The position numbers and the translations under genes are program-made. A stretch of 64,000 nucleotides of DNA. It comes from Pristiophorus japonicus. Its lineage: Eukaryota. The notes beneath the pieces were generated by a model. It worked only from the letters and a program-made list of their open reading frames with translations. It did not search any database and had not been told where the DNA came from. Positions 39,117 through 51,110 of the stretch are shown here, piece by piece. The first letter of the stretch is position 1. Each line of letters begins with the position of its first letter. The stretch covers positions 69,130,001 through 69,194,000 of the forward strand of contig NC_091987.1 of NCBI RefSeq assembly GCF_044704955.1, read 5' to 3'.

Positions 39117-40161
39117 TGCAAACTACCGGCCCATCTCCAACCCCTCTTTCCTTTCCAAAGTCCTTGAAAGTGTTGTAGCCTCCCAAATCCGTGCCCAGCT
39201 TTTCTGCAATTCCATGTTTGACTCCCTCCAATCCCTTGGCCGAAAACATAATCCGAAAACATAGCGTCCGTTTCCACATGTACGCTGATGACACCCAGCT
39301 CTACCTCACTATACTTCTATCAACACCTCCACGGTCTCTAAATTGTCAGACTCCTTATCCAACATCCAGTTCTGGATGAGAAGAAATTTTCTCCAAATGT
39401 ATATTGGGAAAGCCGAAGCCATTGTTTTCAGTCCCCGCCACAAACTCCATTCCCTAGCCACTGACTCCAACCCTCTCCCCAACGTCTGTCTGAGGCTGAA
39501 CCACACTGTTCACAACTTTGTTGTCATATTTGACCTTGAAATGAGTTTTCGACCACATATCCGCAGCATAACTAAGACTGCCTATTTCCACCTCCGTAAC
39601 ATTGCCCGTGTCCGCCCTTGCCTCAGTTCATCCGCTGCTAAAGCCCTCATCCATGCCTTCGTGACCTCTAGACTTGACTATTCCAACTGGCTGGCCTCCC
39701 ACATTCTACCCTACGTAAACTAGAGGTGATCCAAAACTCGGCTGCCCGTGTCCTAACTCACACCAAGTCCCGTTCACCCATGACCTCTGTGCTTGCTGAC
39801 CTACATTGGCTCCCATTTAAGCAATGCCTCGATTTAAAAATTCTCATCCTTGTTTTCAAATCCCTCCATGGCTTCGCCCCTCCATATCTGCGTAATCTCC
39901 TCCCCCCCCCCACCCGCCCCGAGACATCTGAGCTCCTCTAATTCTGCCCTCTTGAGCATCCCTGATTACAATCACTCAACCATTGGTGGCCGTGCCTTCT
40001 ATTATCTAGGCTCTAAGTTCTGGAATTCCTTCACTAAACCTCTCTGGCTCTTGACCTCTCTTTCCTCCTTCAAGACGCTCCTTAAAACATATCTCTTTGA
40101 CCAAGCTTTTGGCCACCTACCCTAATTTCTCCTTGTTATGTATTTAACGCTTTGTAACTTG

Positions 40162-43100
40162 AGCAGTGGTGCAGCAGGGAGGGATTCAAATTCCTGGGGC
40201 ATTGGGACCGGTTCTGGGGGAGGTGGGACCAGTACAAACCGGACGGTCTGCACCTGGGCAGGACCGGAACCAATGTCCTAGGGGGAGTGTTTGCTAGTGC
40301 TGTTGGGGAGGATTTAAACTAATATGGCAGGGGGATGGGAACCAATGCAGGGAGACAGAGGGAAACAAAAAGGAGACAAAAGCAAAAGACAGAAAGGAGA
40401 TGAGGAAAAGTGGAGGGCAGAGAAACCCAAGGCAAAGAACAAAAAGGGCCACTGTACAGCAAAATTCTAAAAGGACAAAGGGTGTTAATAAAACAAGCCT
40501 GAAGGCTTTGTGTCTTAATGCAAGGAGTATCCGCAATAAGGTGGATGAATTAATTGTGCAAATAGATGTTAACAAATATGATGTGATTGGGATTACGGAG
40601 ACGTGGCTCCAGGATGATCAGGGCTGGGAACTCAACATTCAGAGGTATTCAACATTCAGGAAGGATAGAATAAAAGGAAAAGGAGGTGGGGTAGCATTGC
40701 TGGTTAAAGAGGAGATTAATGCAATAGTTAGGAAAGACATTAGCTTGGATGATGTGGAATCTATATGGGTAGAGCTGCAGAACACCAAAGGGCAAAAAAC
40801 GTTAGTAGGAGTTGTGTACAGACCTCCAAACAGTAATAGGGATGTTGGGGAGGGCATCAAACAGGAAATTAGGGGTGCATGCAATAAAGGTGTAGCAGTT
40901 ATAATGGGTGACTTTAATATGCACATAGATTGGGCTAGCCAAACTGGAAGCAATACGGTGGAGGAGGATTTCCTGGAGTGCATAAGGGATGGTTTTCTAG
41001 ACCAATATGTTGAGGAACCAACTAGGGGGGAGGCCATCTTAGACTGGGTGTTGTGTAATGAGAGAGGATTAATGAGCAATCTCATTGTGCGAGGCCCCTT
41101 GGGGAAGAGTGACCATAATATGGTGGAATTCTGCATTAGGATGGAGAATGAAACAGTAATTTCAGAGACCATGGTCCAGAACTTAAAGAAGGGTAACTTT
41201 GAAGGTATGAGGCGTGAATTGGCTAGGATAGATTGGCGAATGATACTTAGGGGGTTGACTGTGGATGGGCAATGGCAGACATTTAGAGACCGCATGGATG
41301 AATTACAACAATTGTACATTCCTGTCTGGCGTAAAAATAAAAAAGGGAAGGTGGCTCAACCGTGGCTATCTAGGGAAATCAGGGATAGTATTAAAGCCAA
41401 GGAAGTGGCATACAAATTGGCCAGAAATAGCAGCGAACCTGGGGACTGGGAGAAATTTAGAACTCAGCAGAGGAGGACAAAGGGTTTGATTAGGGCAGGG
41501 AAAATGGAGTACGAGAAGAAGCTTGCAGGGAACATTAAGGCGGATTGCAAAAGTTTCTATAGGTATGTAAAGAGAAAAAGGTTGGTGAAGACAAACGTAG
41601 GTCCCCTGCAGTCAGAATCAGGGGAAGTCATAACGGGGAACAAAGAAATGGCAGACCAATTGAACAAGTACTTTGGTTCGGTATTCACTAAGGAGGATAC
41701 AAACAACCTTCCGGATATAAAAGGGGTCAGAGGGTCTAGTAAGGAGGGGGAACTGAGGGAAATCTTTATTAGTCGGGAAATTGTGTTGGGGAAATTGATG
41801 GTATTGAAGGCCGATAAATCCCCAGGGCCTGATGGACTGCATCCTAGAGTACTTAAGGAGGTGGCCTTGGAAATAGCGGATGCATTGACAGTCATTTTCC
41901 AACATTCCATTGACTCTGGATCAGTTCCTATGGAGTGGAGAGTAGCCAATGTAACCCCACTTTTTAAAAAAGGAGAGAGAGAGAAAACAGAGAATTATAG
42001 ACCGGTCAGCCTGACCTCAGTAGTGGGTAAAATGATGGAATCAATTATTAAGGATGTCATAGCAGTGCATCTGGAAAATGGTGACATGATAGGTCCAAGT
42101 CAGCATGGATTTGTGAAAGGGAAATCATGCTTGACAAATCTTCTGGAATTTTTTGAGGATGTTTCCAGTAAAGTGGACAAAGGAGAACCAGTTGATGTGG
42201 TATATTTGGACTTTCAGAAGGCTTTCGACAAGGTCCCACACAAGAGATTAATGTGCAAAGTTAAAGCACATGGGATTGGGGGTAGTGTGCTGACGTGGAT
42301 TGAGAACTGGTTGTCAGACAGGAAGCAAAGAGTAGGAGTAAACGGGTACTTTTCAGAATGGCAGGCAGTGACTAGTGGAGTGCCGCAAGGTTCTGTGCTG
42401 GGGCCCCAGCTGTTTACATTGTACATTAATGATTTAGACGAGGGGATTAAATGCAGTATCTCCAAATTTGCGGATGATACTAAGTTGGGTGGCAGTGTGA
42501 GCTGCGAGGAGGATGCTATTAGGCTGCAGAGTGACTTGGATAGGTTAGGTGAGTGGGCAAATGCATGGCAGATGAAGTATAATGTGGATAAATGTGAGGT
42601 TATCCACTTTGGTGGTAAAAACAGAGAGACAGACTATTATCTGAATGGTGACAGATTAGGAAAAGGGAAGGTGCAACGAGACCTGGGTGTCATGGTACAT
42701 CAGTCATTGAAGGTTAGCATGCAGGTACAGCAGGCGGTTAAGAAAGCAAATGGCATGTTGGCCTTCATAGCGAGGGGATTTGAGTACAGGGGCAGGGAGG
42801 TGTTGCTACAGTTGTACAGGGCCTTGGTGAGGCCACACCTGGAGTATTGTGTACAGTTTTGGTCTCCTAACTTGAGGAAGGACATTCTTGCTATTGAGGG
42901 AGTGCAGCGAAGGTTCACCAGACTGATTCCCGGGATGGCGGGACTGACCTATCAAGAAAGATTGGATCAACTGGGCTTGTATTCACTGGAGTTCAGAAGA
43001 ATGAGAGGGGACCTCATAGAAACGTTTAAAATTCTGACGGGTTTAGACAGGTTAGATGCAGAAAGAATGTTCCCAATGTTGGGGAAGTCCAGAACCAGGG

Positions 43101-43404
43101 GTCACAGTCTGAGGATAAGGGGTAAGCCATTTAGGACCGAGATGAGGAGAAACTTCTTCACCCAGAGAGTGGTGAACCTGTGGAATTCTCTACCACAGAA
43201 AGTAGTTGAGGCCAATTCACTAAATATATTCAAAAGGGAGTTAGATGAAGTCCTTACTACTCGGGGGATCAAGGGTTATGGCGAGAAAGCAGGAAGGGGG
43301 TACTGAAGTTTCATGTTCAGCCATGAACTCATTGAATGGCGGTGCAGGCTAGAAGGGCTGAATGGCCTGCTCCTGCACCTATTTTCTATGTTTCTATGTT
43401 TCTA
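40162..43404 (+). mobile_element. Young CR1 LINE, 5'-truncated within ORF1
   Basis: TSD TGTAACTTG (40153-40161 / 43405-43413), ORF1 end DGLHLGRTGTNVLGG...DLN*, intact ORF2, (TTTCTATG)n tail. Confidence 0.95.
40400..43306 (+). CDS. CR1 ORF2: AP-endonuclease plus reverse transcriptase, 968 aa, uninterrupted
   Basis: CLNARSI, ITETW, GDFN, LDWVL, SDHN (APE); [25 protein letters not shown] (RT). The frame is also open upstream, past the ORF1 stop. Confidence 0.95.
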   Translation: MRKSGGQRNPRQRTKRATVQQNSKRTKGVNKTSLKALCLNARSIRNKVDELIVQIDVNKYDVIGITETWLQDDQGWELNIQRYSTFRKDRIKGKGGGVALLVKEEINAIVRKDISLDDVESIWVELQNTKGQKTLVGVVYRPPNSNRDVGEGIKQEIRGACNKGVAVIMGDFNMHIDWASQTGSNTVEEDFLECIRDGFLDQYVEEPTRGEAILDWVLCNERGLMSNLIVRGPLGKSDHNMVEFCIRMENETVISETMVQNLKKGNFEGMRRELARIDWRMILRGLTVDGQWQTFRDRMDELQQLYIPVWRKNKKGKVAQPWLSREIRDSIKAKEVAYKLARNSSEPGDWEKFRTQQRRTKGLIRAGKMEYEKKLAGNIKADCKSFYRYVKRKRLVKTNVGPLQSESGEVITGNKEMADQLNKYFGSVFTKEDTNNLPDIKGVRGSSKEGELREIFISREIVLGKLMVLKADKSPGPDGLHPRVLKEVALEIADALTVIFQHSIDSGSVPMEWRVANVTPLFKKGEREKTENYRPVSLTSVVGKMMESIIKDVIAVHLENGDMIGPSQHGFVKGKSCLTNLLEFFEDVSSKVDKGEPVDVVYLDFQKAFDKVPHKRLMCKVKAHGIGGSVLTWIENWLSDRKQRVGVNGYFSEWQAVTSGVPQGSVLGPQLFTLYINDLDEGIKCSISKFADDTKLGGSVSCEEDAIRLQSDLDRLGEWANAWQMKYNVDKCEVIHFGGKNRETDYYLNGDRLGKGKVQRDLGVMVHQSLKVSMQVQQAVKKANGMLAFIARGFEYRGREVLLQLYRALVRPHLEYCVQFWSPNLRKDILAIEGVQRRFTRLIPGMAGLTYQERLDQLGLYSLEFRRMRGDLIETFKILTGLDRLDAERMFPMLGKSRTRGHSLRIRGKPFRTEMRRNFFTQRVVNLWNSLPQKVVEANSLNIFKRELDEVLTTRGIKGYGEKAGRGY

Positions 43405-46400
43405 TGTAACTTGCATTACACCTGACCTCCAGAGGGAATCCCAAGGGATTCCAGCATCACAGGTCACCTATGAGGTACTTGCACTCTGGAATCTGAATAA
43501 AGGAGCTAAGGTCACACTTGCTCATTACACACAGTACTCAGTCTCACCATTTATTATGAGTGTAACAATTGGCGATGAGGTAACGAACAACCACGCGAAA
43601 ATGCAAAGAACAGTCGGCATCCTGGAGAAGTTCTCAGAAGAAGATGATTGGGAGGCCTTCGTGGAGAGACTCGACCAATACTTTGTGGCCAACGAGCTGG
43701 AAGGAGACGAGAATGCCACTAAACAAAGGGCGATCCTCCTAACTCTCTGTGGGGCAACAACCTATGGCCTCATGAAGAATCTCCTGGCCCCGGCAAAACC
43801 AACAGAGAAATCCTACAAAGAATTGTGTACGTTGGTCCGGGAGCATCTAAATCCTAAGGAAAGTGTTTGATGGCGAGATATCGGTTCTACACGTGTCAAC
43901 GATCGGAGGGCCAGGAAGTGGCGAGCTACTTCGCCGAACTAAGGCGCCTCGCAGGACCTTGTGAGTTTGAGCGATTCCTAGAACAAATGCTCAGAGACTT
44001 TTTTGTACTGGGCATCGCACATGAGACAATCCTTTGCAAACTGTTGACTGTAGAAACTCCGAATCGGAGTAAAGCCATAACGATAGCCCAGGCATTTATG
44101 TCCACCAGCGACAACACCAAGCAGATTTCGTAGAACAAAGAAGTTTCGGCCAGTACTGTGCACAAAGTAACGTCGGTTTTTGAGCAGAAATGTACATGGC
44201 AGAATGTACACGCCGGCTGCTGTGGCCCGACCTCAATTGACCCAGAGTCCGCATCATCTGTTAATGCGAGGCAGTTAACACCCTGTTGGTGCTGCGGAGG
44301 TGATCATTGGCCCCATCAATGCCACTTTAAGCACTATGCGTGCAATGGTTGCAGAACAATGGGGCACCTCCAACGAATGTGCAGGCGAGCTGCAAACCCT
44401 GCAAACCATCACGTTGCAGAGGAAGATCAATCCACAGTGGATCAGACTGAGTTGGAAACTCATACGGAGGACACAGGTGTACACACGTTCACGATGAAAT
44501 GCCCACCAATAATGTTGAAAGTTGAACTGAACGGCATTCCTATATCTATGGAGCTTCTTACTCAGGGACACGGGGCAAGTCAGTCCATAATGAGTAAAAA
44601 GGCCTTCGACAGGCTGTGGGGAAAGAAGGCACACAGGCCCAAGCTCAGCCCCATTCACACTAAACTAAGGACTTACACCAAGGAACTAATCCCTATAATT
44701 GGCAGTGCAGAAGTCAAAGTCTCCTATGATGGAGCAGTACACGAACTCCCGCTGTGGATTGTGCCAGGGGATGGCCCCACGTTGTTTGGCAGAAGCTGGC
44801 TGGGGAAAATCCGCTGGAACTGGGACGACATCCGAGCGCTTTCATGCATCGACGACGCCTCAATTACCCAACATGTTCCCAATGTTATTCGAGCCAGACA
44901 TTGGAAGCTTCTCGGGGCCGAAAGTGCAGATCCATTTGGTTCCTGGTTCGCGACCCATCCACCACAAGGCTCGGGCTGTACCGTACATGATGCGTGAAAA
45001 AGAGGAAATTGAGCTGGACAGGCTGCAATGTGAAGGCATCATCGCGCCGGTTGAATTCAATGACTGGGCCAGTCCGATTGTCCTGGTACTCAAGGAGGAT
45101 GGTACGGTTAGAATTTGCGGGGACTATAAAGTAATGATTAATCGTTTTTCACTGCAGGACCAGTACCCGCTACCCAAGGCAGACGACCTATTTGCGACCC
45201 TGGCTGGAGGGAAGACGTTCACCAAGCTGGACCTGACCTCGGCCTACATGACGCAGGATCTGGAGGAGTCTTCGAAAGGCCTCACCTACATTAACACACA
45301 CAAAGGTCTGTTTATCTACAACCGGTGCCCGTTCGGGATTTGGTCGGCCGCGGCAATCATCCAACGGAATATGGAGAGCCTGCTAAAGTCGGTTCCTTGC
45401 ACAGTGATCTTCCAGGACGACATATTGGTTACACGTCGGAACACCATGGAGCACTTGAAGAATCTGGAGGAGGTTCTTAGTCAGTTGGATCGCATGGGGC
45501 TCAGATTGAAATGCTCGAAGCGTGTTTTCCTGGCACAGGACGCTGAATTCTTAGGAAGGAGAATCGCAGCAGACGGCATCAGACTCACCGATGCCAAGAC
45601 GGAGGCCATCAAGAACGCGCCGAGACCACAGAATGTGACAGAGCTGCGGTCGTTCCTGGGACTCCTTAACTATGTCGGTAATTTCCTACCTTGGTTAAGC
45701 ACCCTGCTAGAACCCCTACATGCGCTACTGCGTAAGGGAGATGACTGGGTATGAGGGAATTCACAAGAGGCTGACTTTAAGAAAGCCAGAAATTTATTGT
45801 GTTCTAACAAACTGCTTGTCCTGTATAATCCATATAAATGATTAGTGTTAGCTTGCGATGCGTCGTCATACAGGATCGGGTGTGTGTTACAACAGGCTAA
45901 TGAGTCGGGGATTTTGTAACCGGTTGCTTTTGCATCCAGGAGTTTGTCCAAGGCCGAAAGGGCCTACAGCATGGTTGAAAAAGAGTCTTTGGCGTGCGTT
46001 TACGGGGTAAAATAAATGCACCAGTACTTGGCCTCAAGTTCGAGCTTGAAACTGACCACAAGCTGCTCATATCGCTGCTCTCTGTGAGCAAAGGGATTAA
46101 TACCAATGCCTCTGCCCGCATCCAAAGATGGGTGCTCACGCTGTCGGCATACAACTATGAAATCCGCCACAGACCGGGCACAGAGAACTGTGCAAATGCT
46201 CTCAGTTGGCTACCATTGCCCACCACCGGGGTGGAAATGGCACAGCCAGCGGACTTGCTCATGGTCATGGATGCATTTGAGAACGAGAAGTCCCCCGTTA
46301 CGGTCCGCCAGATCAGGACCTGGACCAGCCAGGATCCTTTACTGTCCTTGGTAAAAAAATTGTGTCCTCCATGGGAGCTGGTCCAGTGTCCCAGTGGAGA

Positions 46401-49253
46401 TGCAGGAAGCGATTAAGCCGTTCCACAGACGCAAAGACGAGTTGTCCCTGCAGGCAGACTGTCTTTTGTGGGGCAATCGTGTGGTCCAAGAAAAGCAAAG
46501 ACACATTTATTTGTGAATTGCACAATACCCACCCAGGCATCGTAATGATGAAAGCCATAGCCAGATCTCACATATGGTGGCCTGGCATCGACTCAGATTT
46601 AGAGTCATGCGTGCGCCAGTGCAACACTTGCTCTCAGTTGAGCAATGCACCCAGAGAGGCACTGCTAAGTTTGTGGTCTTGGCCATCCAAACCATGGTTG
46701 AGGATCCATGTAGACTATGCAGGCCCATTCCTATGCAAAATGTTTTTGGTTGTTGTGGACGCTTACTCAAAATGGATTGAATGTGCAATAATGTCTGTAA
46801 GCATATCCACGGCCACCATTGAAAGCCTATGAGCCATGTTTGCCACGCAGTCAGCGACAATGGGCCGTGCTTCACCAGTGCTGAATTCAAGGAATTCATG
46901 ACCCTCAGCGGGATCAATATGTCACATCTGCCCTGTTCAAGCCCGCACCCAACGGCCAGGCAGAACAAGCAGTTCAAACCATCAAGCAAAGCTTGAAACA
47001 TGTGTCGGAAGGCTCCCTGCAGACCTGGTTGTCCCGAGTGCTGCTCAGCTACCGCACCAGACCCCACTCACTCACCGGGATTCCCCCAGCTGAGCTGCTC
47101 ATGAAAAGGGCACTTAAAACAAGGTTCTCTCTTGTCCACCCTGATCTCCATGATCACGTGGAGGGCAAGCGGCATCAACAAAGTATGTACCATGACCACG
47201 CAAATCTGTCACGCGATATTGAGATCAATGATCCTGTGTTTGTGTTCACTTATGGACATGGTCCCAAATGGCTCGCTGGCACGGTCACAGCCAAAGAGGG
47301 GAGTAGGGTGTTTCAGGTCAAACTGACCAATGGACAAATGCACAGAAAACATTTGGACCAAATCAAATTGCGGTTCACCAACAGTTACGAACAACCCGAA
47401 GAGGACACCACCAACTTTGACCTTCCAACACACATACAAGTGGCCACTGACATCATAGTTGACCACGAAACTGAACTCATCATCCCCAGCAGCATGGCAA
47501 GGCCGGCTGCCCAGCAGCCCAGTGAAGAACTGACCAACCCAGCCACACCTGCATTTGTACCGAGACGATCGACAAGGGAGTGCATAGCCCCAGATCCTTG
47601 TAAATAAGTGTACTCTTGACTTCACGGGGGAGTGATGTTATGTATTTAACCCTTTGTAACTTGCATTACACCTGACCACCAGATGGCCCACCTGTTGGAG
47701 TCCCAAGGGATTCCAGCATCCCTTGGGAGCACAGTATATAAGCAGACCACCCACGAGGTATCTGCACACTGGAACATGAATAAAGGAGCTAAGGTCACAC
47801 TTGCTCATTACGCACAGTACTCAGTCTCACCATTTATTATGAGTGTAACACTCCTCATGCAGTTCGGTGCTAAATTTTGGATCTCATAATACTCCTGTGA
47901 AGTGCCTTGGGATATTTCACTATGTTAAAGCCACTATATAAATGTAAGTTGTTGTTGTTGTTATTGTTGAAACCCACTAGTCAAACTGAAATGAGGCTTG
48001 GCGCAGCCAGTGTCGGATCATTGAATGAATGACCACAAATTGAGGATTTCCGCTTTGGGATGCGCATGCACTACATCCTGAAGATGCGGTCAGTTTCAGA
48101 GGAGTAATAACAGGGAACACTGTTCGTTCGCTGTATTACCCACCACAAATTCCAGGCCCAAATAGTACAAACCTAAAATTTATTTAATATGGGCTGAGCG
48201 TTTCACACAGTGTTTAAGTGAATCACATTTGTCTATAAATTCAGCCACACAGTGCCCATTTTCCGTGCGCTAACTGGCCTATTAAGCCCCCATATGCTGT
48301 TTGGAAGTCCACTGCCGCCGTATTGGGAAAGGAATAAAAAATAGGCGCCAGTGCCCATGCCTGAAGCAGGTGTTAGGTCCCTAATTTGCATATGCCACTT
48401 GAAGATTGGTTTGCCCCGAATGCAGCACGCTCCAGCATTGGCCGCAATCAAAACCAGACCTTGGGAGCGCCTGGGACCTGCAAGGTAAGTTTTTGTACAT
48501 CTATTTACCTGAACATTGAGCCCAGGGGGAGCAGAAATGTAATATCTGACCTTACATTTAACGAGAGCTCACCACCACTCCTGACACCCCCTCACTTCCC
48601 CCATTGATCATCGTCAATCCCGAACCCCTGATTACCAATATTCCCAACTCCAACAACCCCCCCCCCCCGCCCCCCGGTGGCCTCCTTGCCCCTTGCCCTC
48701 CATCCCTGACCTCCCAGACTGCAACCACGATCCCTGACCTTTTGCTCCACTACCCCATCCTTCACCTGCCCTCCAATTCCAACCACAGCATCCTCCCCAA
48801 CCCTCGTTCTCTTGACCCCTGACCCTGGACCCGGTAAGCTCTATTTTCTAGGTCACTGAGTCCAATAAAGTATATTTATTATCTTATAAAAAAAGAGCTT
48901 GCATGACTGGAGGAAATGAGTTGCAAAACATTATTAGAACAAATTCTCTGTGGTTCAATGTTGCTTATGCATTTCAGCAGAGCTAAGACTAACCACAAAC
49001 CAAATATTTTTTCCATTCGGACTATGACGGATATCACAACATGGAAAAAAATAAACTTAATGACAAGCAATGAGTTAGTCATTGGCAAGACTGACCACAA
49101 TAAAACACTTCCTTTGCTTCTGACCCTTCATAGAACTAGTCGCGAGCACTAGGTGACAAACAACTTAACATGCACAGCAATCCTTATAAGTGTGTGGTGA
49201 GTATAACAGCCAACCAAGGCTACAGGTGAAAGGTTATGAATGTTGGCTAAAAG

Positions 49254-51110
49254 TATTGTGCTCCTAACACAGATGAGACTGCACACAGGGAGGTTAAAGT
49301 AACAGTGACCTCAGTCTTTATTAAGACACTCCAGAGTGAGGAACAGGCCTTAGGGGCCGGCTTATATACAGTGCTCCCAAGGGATGCTGGGATCCCTTGG
49401 GACTTCAGGGGATGCGCTCCCTGGTGGCAGAATATGGGAGTGCATGCTTTACAGATACACAACATCACTCCCCCCCAAAGTCAAAGTGAAAACTATTTAC
49501 AAGGTGAGGCAGTCGGGAGCCTTTCTTTCCCTGGTGGACCGCCTCGGTACAAATGTCTGTTCTGGTGTGTTGGCTGTGCCCTTGCTAGGCTGGCATATTG
49601 TTGGCCCTGCAGGGCTGCTGGGTGAGCCTGGCCTTGCTGGGCTGTTGGGCGTGATGGGTTCAATTTCCTGGTCCGGGGTGGTGTCGTTGATCCTTTGGGT
49701 GTATGTTGTGGGCTCGAAAAAGGTGGTGTCTGCTGTGGGTTGTTCAGGGCAGTCTGTGAATCGCAGCCTCATTTGGTCCAGGTGCTTTCTGCAAATTTGT
49801 CCATTGTCTAGTTTGACTACAAACACCCTATTCCCTTCTTTAGCTATCACCGTGTCCGCGATCCACTTGGGACCATGTCCATAGTTTAGCGCATACACAA
49901 CACAGGGTCATTCAGATCAATTTCCTGTGACACAGTGGCGCGACCATCGTTTACATTTTGTTGCTGCCGCCTGCTCTCTACCTGACCATGCAGGTTGGGG
50001 TGGACCAGCGAGAGTCTGGTTTTAAGTGTCCTTTTCATGAATAGCTCAGCCGGGGGCACCCCTGTGAGCGAGTGGGGTCTCGTGTGGTAGCTGAGCAGTA
50101 CTTGGGACAGGCGGGTTTGGAGTGAGCCTTCTGTGACTCGTTTGAGGCTCTGTTTGATTATTTGTACTGCCCGCTCTGCCTGCCCATTGGAGGCTGGTTT
50201 AAACGGGGTCGAGGTGACATATTTGATCCCATTGCGGGTCATGAATTCTTTAAATTCGGTACTGGTGAAACATGTCACTGACCAGTATGTCAGGCAGGCC
50301 GTGGGTGGCAAACATGGCCCTCAGGCTTTCAATGGTGGCAGTGGCGGTGCTTCCCGATATTATTTCACATTCAATCCATTTTGAAAAAGCATCCACCACC
50401 ACCAGGAACATTTTACCGAGAAACAGGCCCGCATAGTCAACATGGATCCTCGACCATGGTCTGTAGGGCCAGGACCACAAACTTAGTGGTGCCTCTCTGG
50501 GCGCGTTGCTCAACTGAGCACACACTCGGCATTGCCGTACACAGGATTCTAAGTCAGAGCCGATACCGGGCCACCACACGGGTGTGTGCTGTGGAGATCC
50601 GAGATGAACGTCTCCCTGCCCTTTTTGGGTAGCGCTACGCGGTTACCCCACAACAGGCAGTCTGCCTGAATGGACAGCTCGTCCTTTCGCCACTGGAACG
50701 GCTTGATTAGCTCTTGCATTTCAACGGGGATGCTGGCCCAGCTCCCATGCAGTATACAGCTTTTTACTAGGGACAGCAGAGGATCTTGGCTGGTCCAAGT
50801 CCTAATCTGGCGGCCAGTGACAGGTGATTTATCATTTTCAAACGCTTCCATGACCATCAACAAGTCTGCGGGCTGCGCCACCATCAACAAACTTGCAGGC
50901 TGTGCCATTTCCACCCCCGTGGTGGGCAATGGTAGCCGACTGAGAGCATTCAGTTCTCGGTGCCTGGCCTGTGGCGGATGGTATAGTTATACGCTGATAG
51001 CGCGAGTGCCCACCTTTGTATGCAGGCTGAGGCATCAGTATTTATCCCCTTGTTTTCAGCGAACAGGGATATGAGGGGATTGTGATCGATTTCCAATTCA
51101 AACTTGAGGC
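49254..51110 (-). mobile_element. Truncated Gypsy (3' LTR 49254-49464, PPT, integrase, RNase H end)
   Basis: PWSRIHVDYAG, SNGQAERAVQ, GHGPKW. PPT (rc gggggggagtga) adjacent to the LTR. Confidence 0.88.

Larger units (their letters stand above)
40134..47850 (+). mobile_element. Full-length decayed Gypsy LTR retrotransposon with 5' LTR interrupted by CR1
   Basis: 5' LTR 40134-40161 plus 43414-43567, PBS TGGCGATGAG at 43570, gag ATG 43601, RT FQDD, RNase H, integrase, PPT 47626-47635, 3' LTR 47636-47850. Perfect 5-bp TSD CTCCT (40129-40133 / 47851-47855). Confidence 0.93.
38260..47969 (+). mobile_element. L2 LINE (APE start, RT, 3' UTR), internally deleted and interrupted by CR1 (38523-39116) and Gypsy (40134-47850)
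   Basis: FQNVRSFANKA...ALTESWL, NYRPISNPSFLSKVLE, HMYADDTQLY, LADLHWLP. The 3' UTR resumes at 47851 and ends in (GTT)n. Confidence 0.8.

Noticed and set aside
40639-41949. Long antisense ORFs (226 aa, 130 aa), and similar ones over other TEs
   Set aside because: Shadow frames of CR1/Gypsy/RTE coding strands with no independent motifs.
43313-43600. N-terminally extended gag ORF 43313-43870 as a chimeric gene
   Set aside because: Fortuitous open frame through the CR1 tail and LTR. The real gag starts at 43601 and is frameshifted at ~43867.
48604-48822. Proline-rich ORF
   Set aside because: Low-complexity C-rich sequence with no supporting splice or domain evidence.
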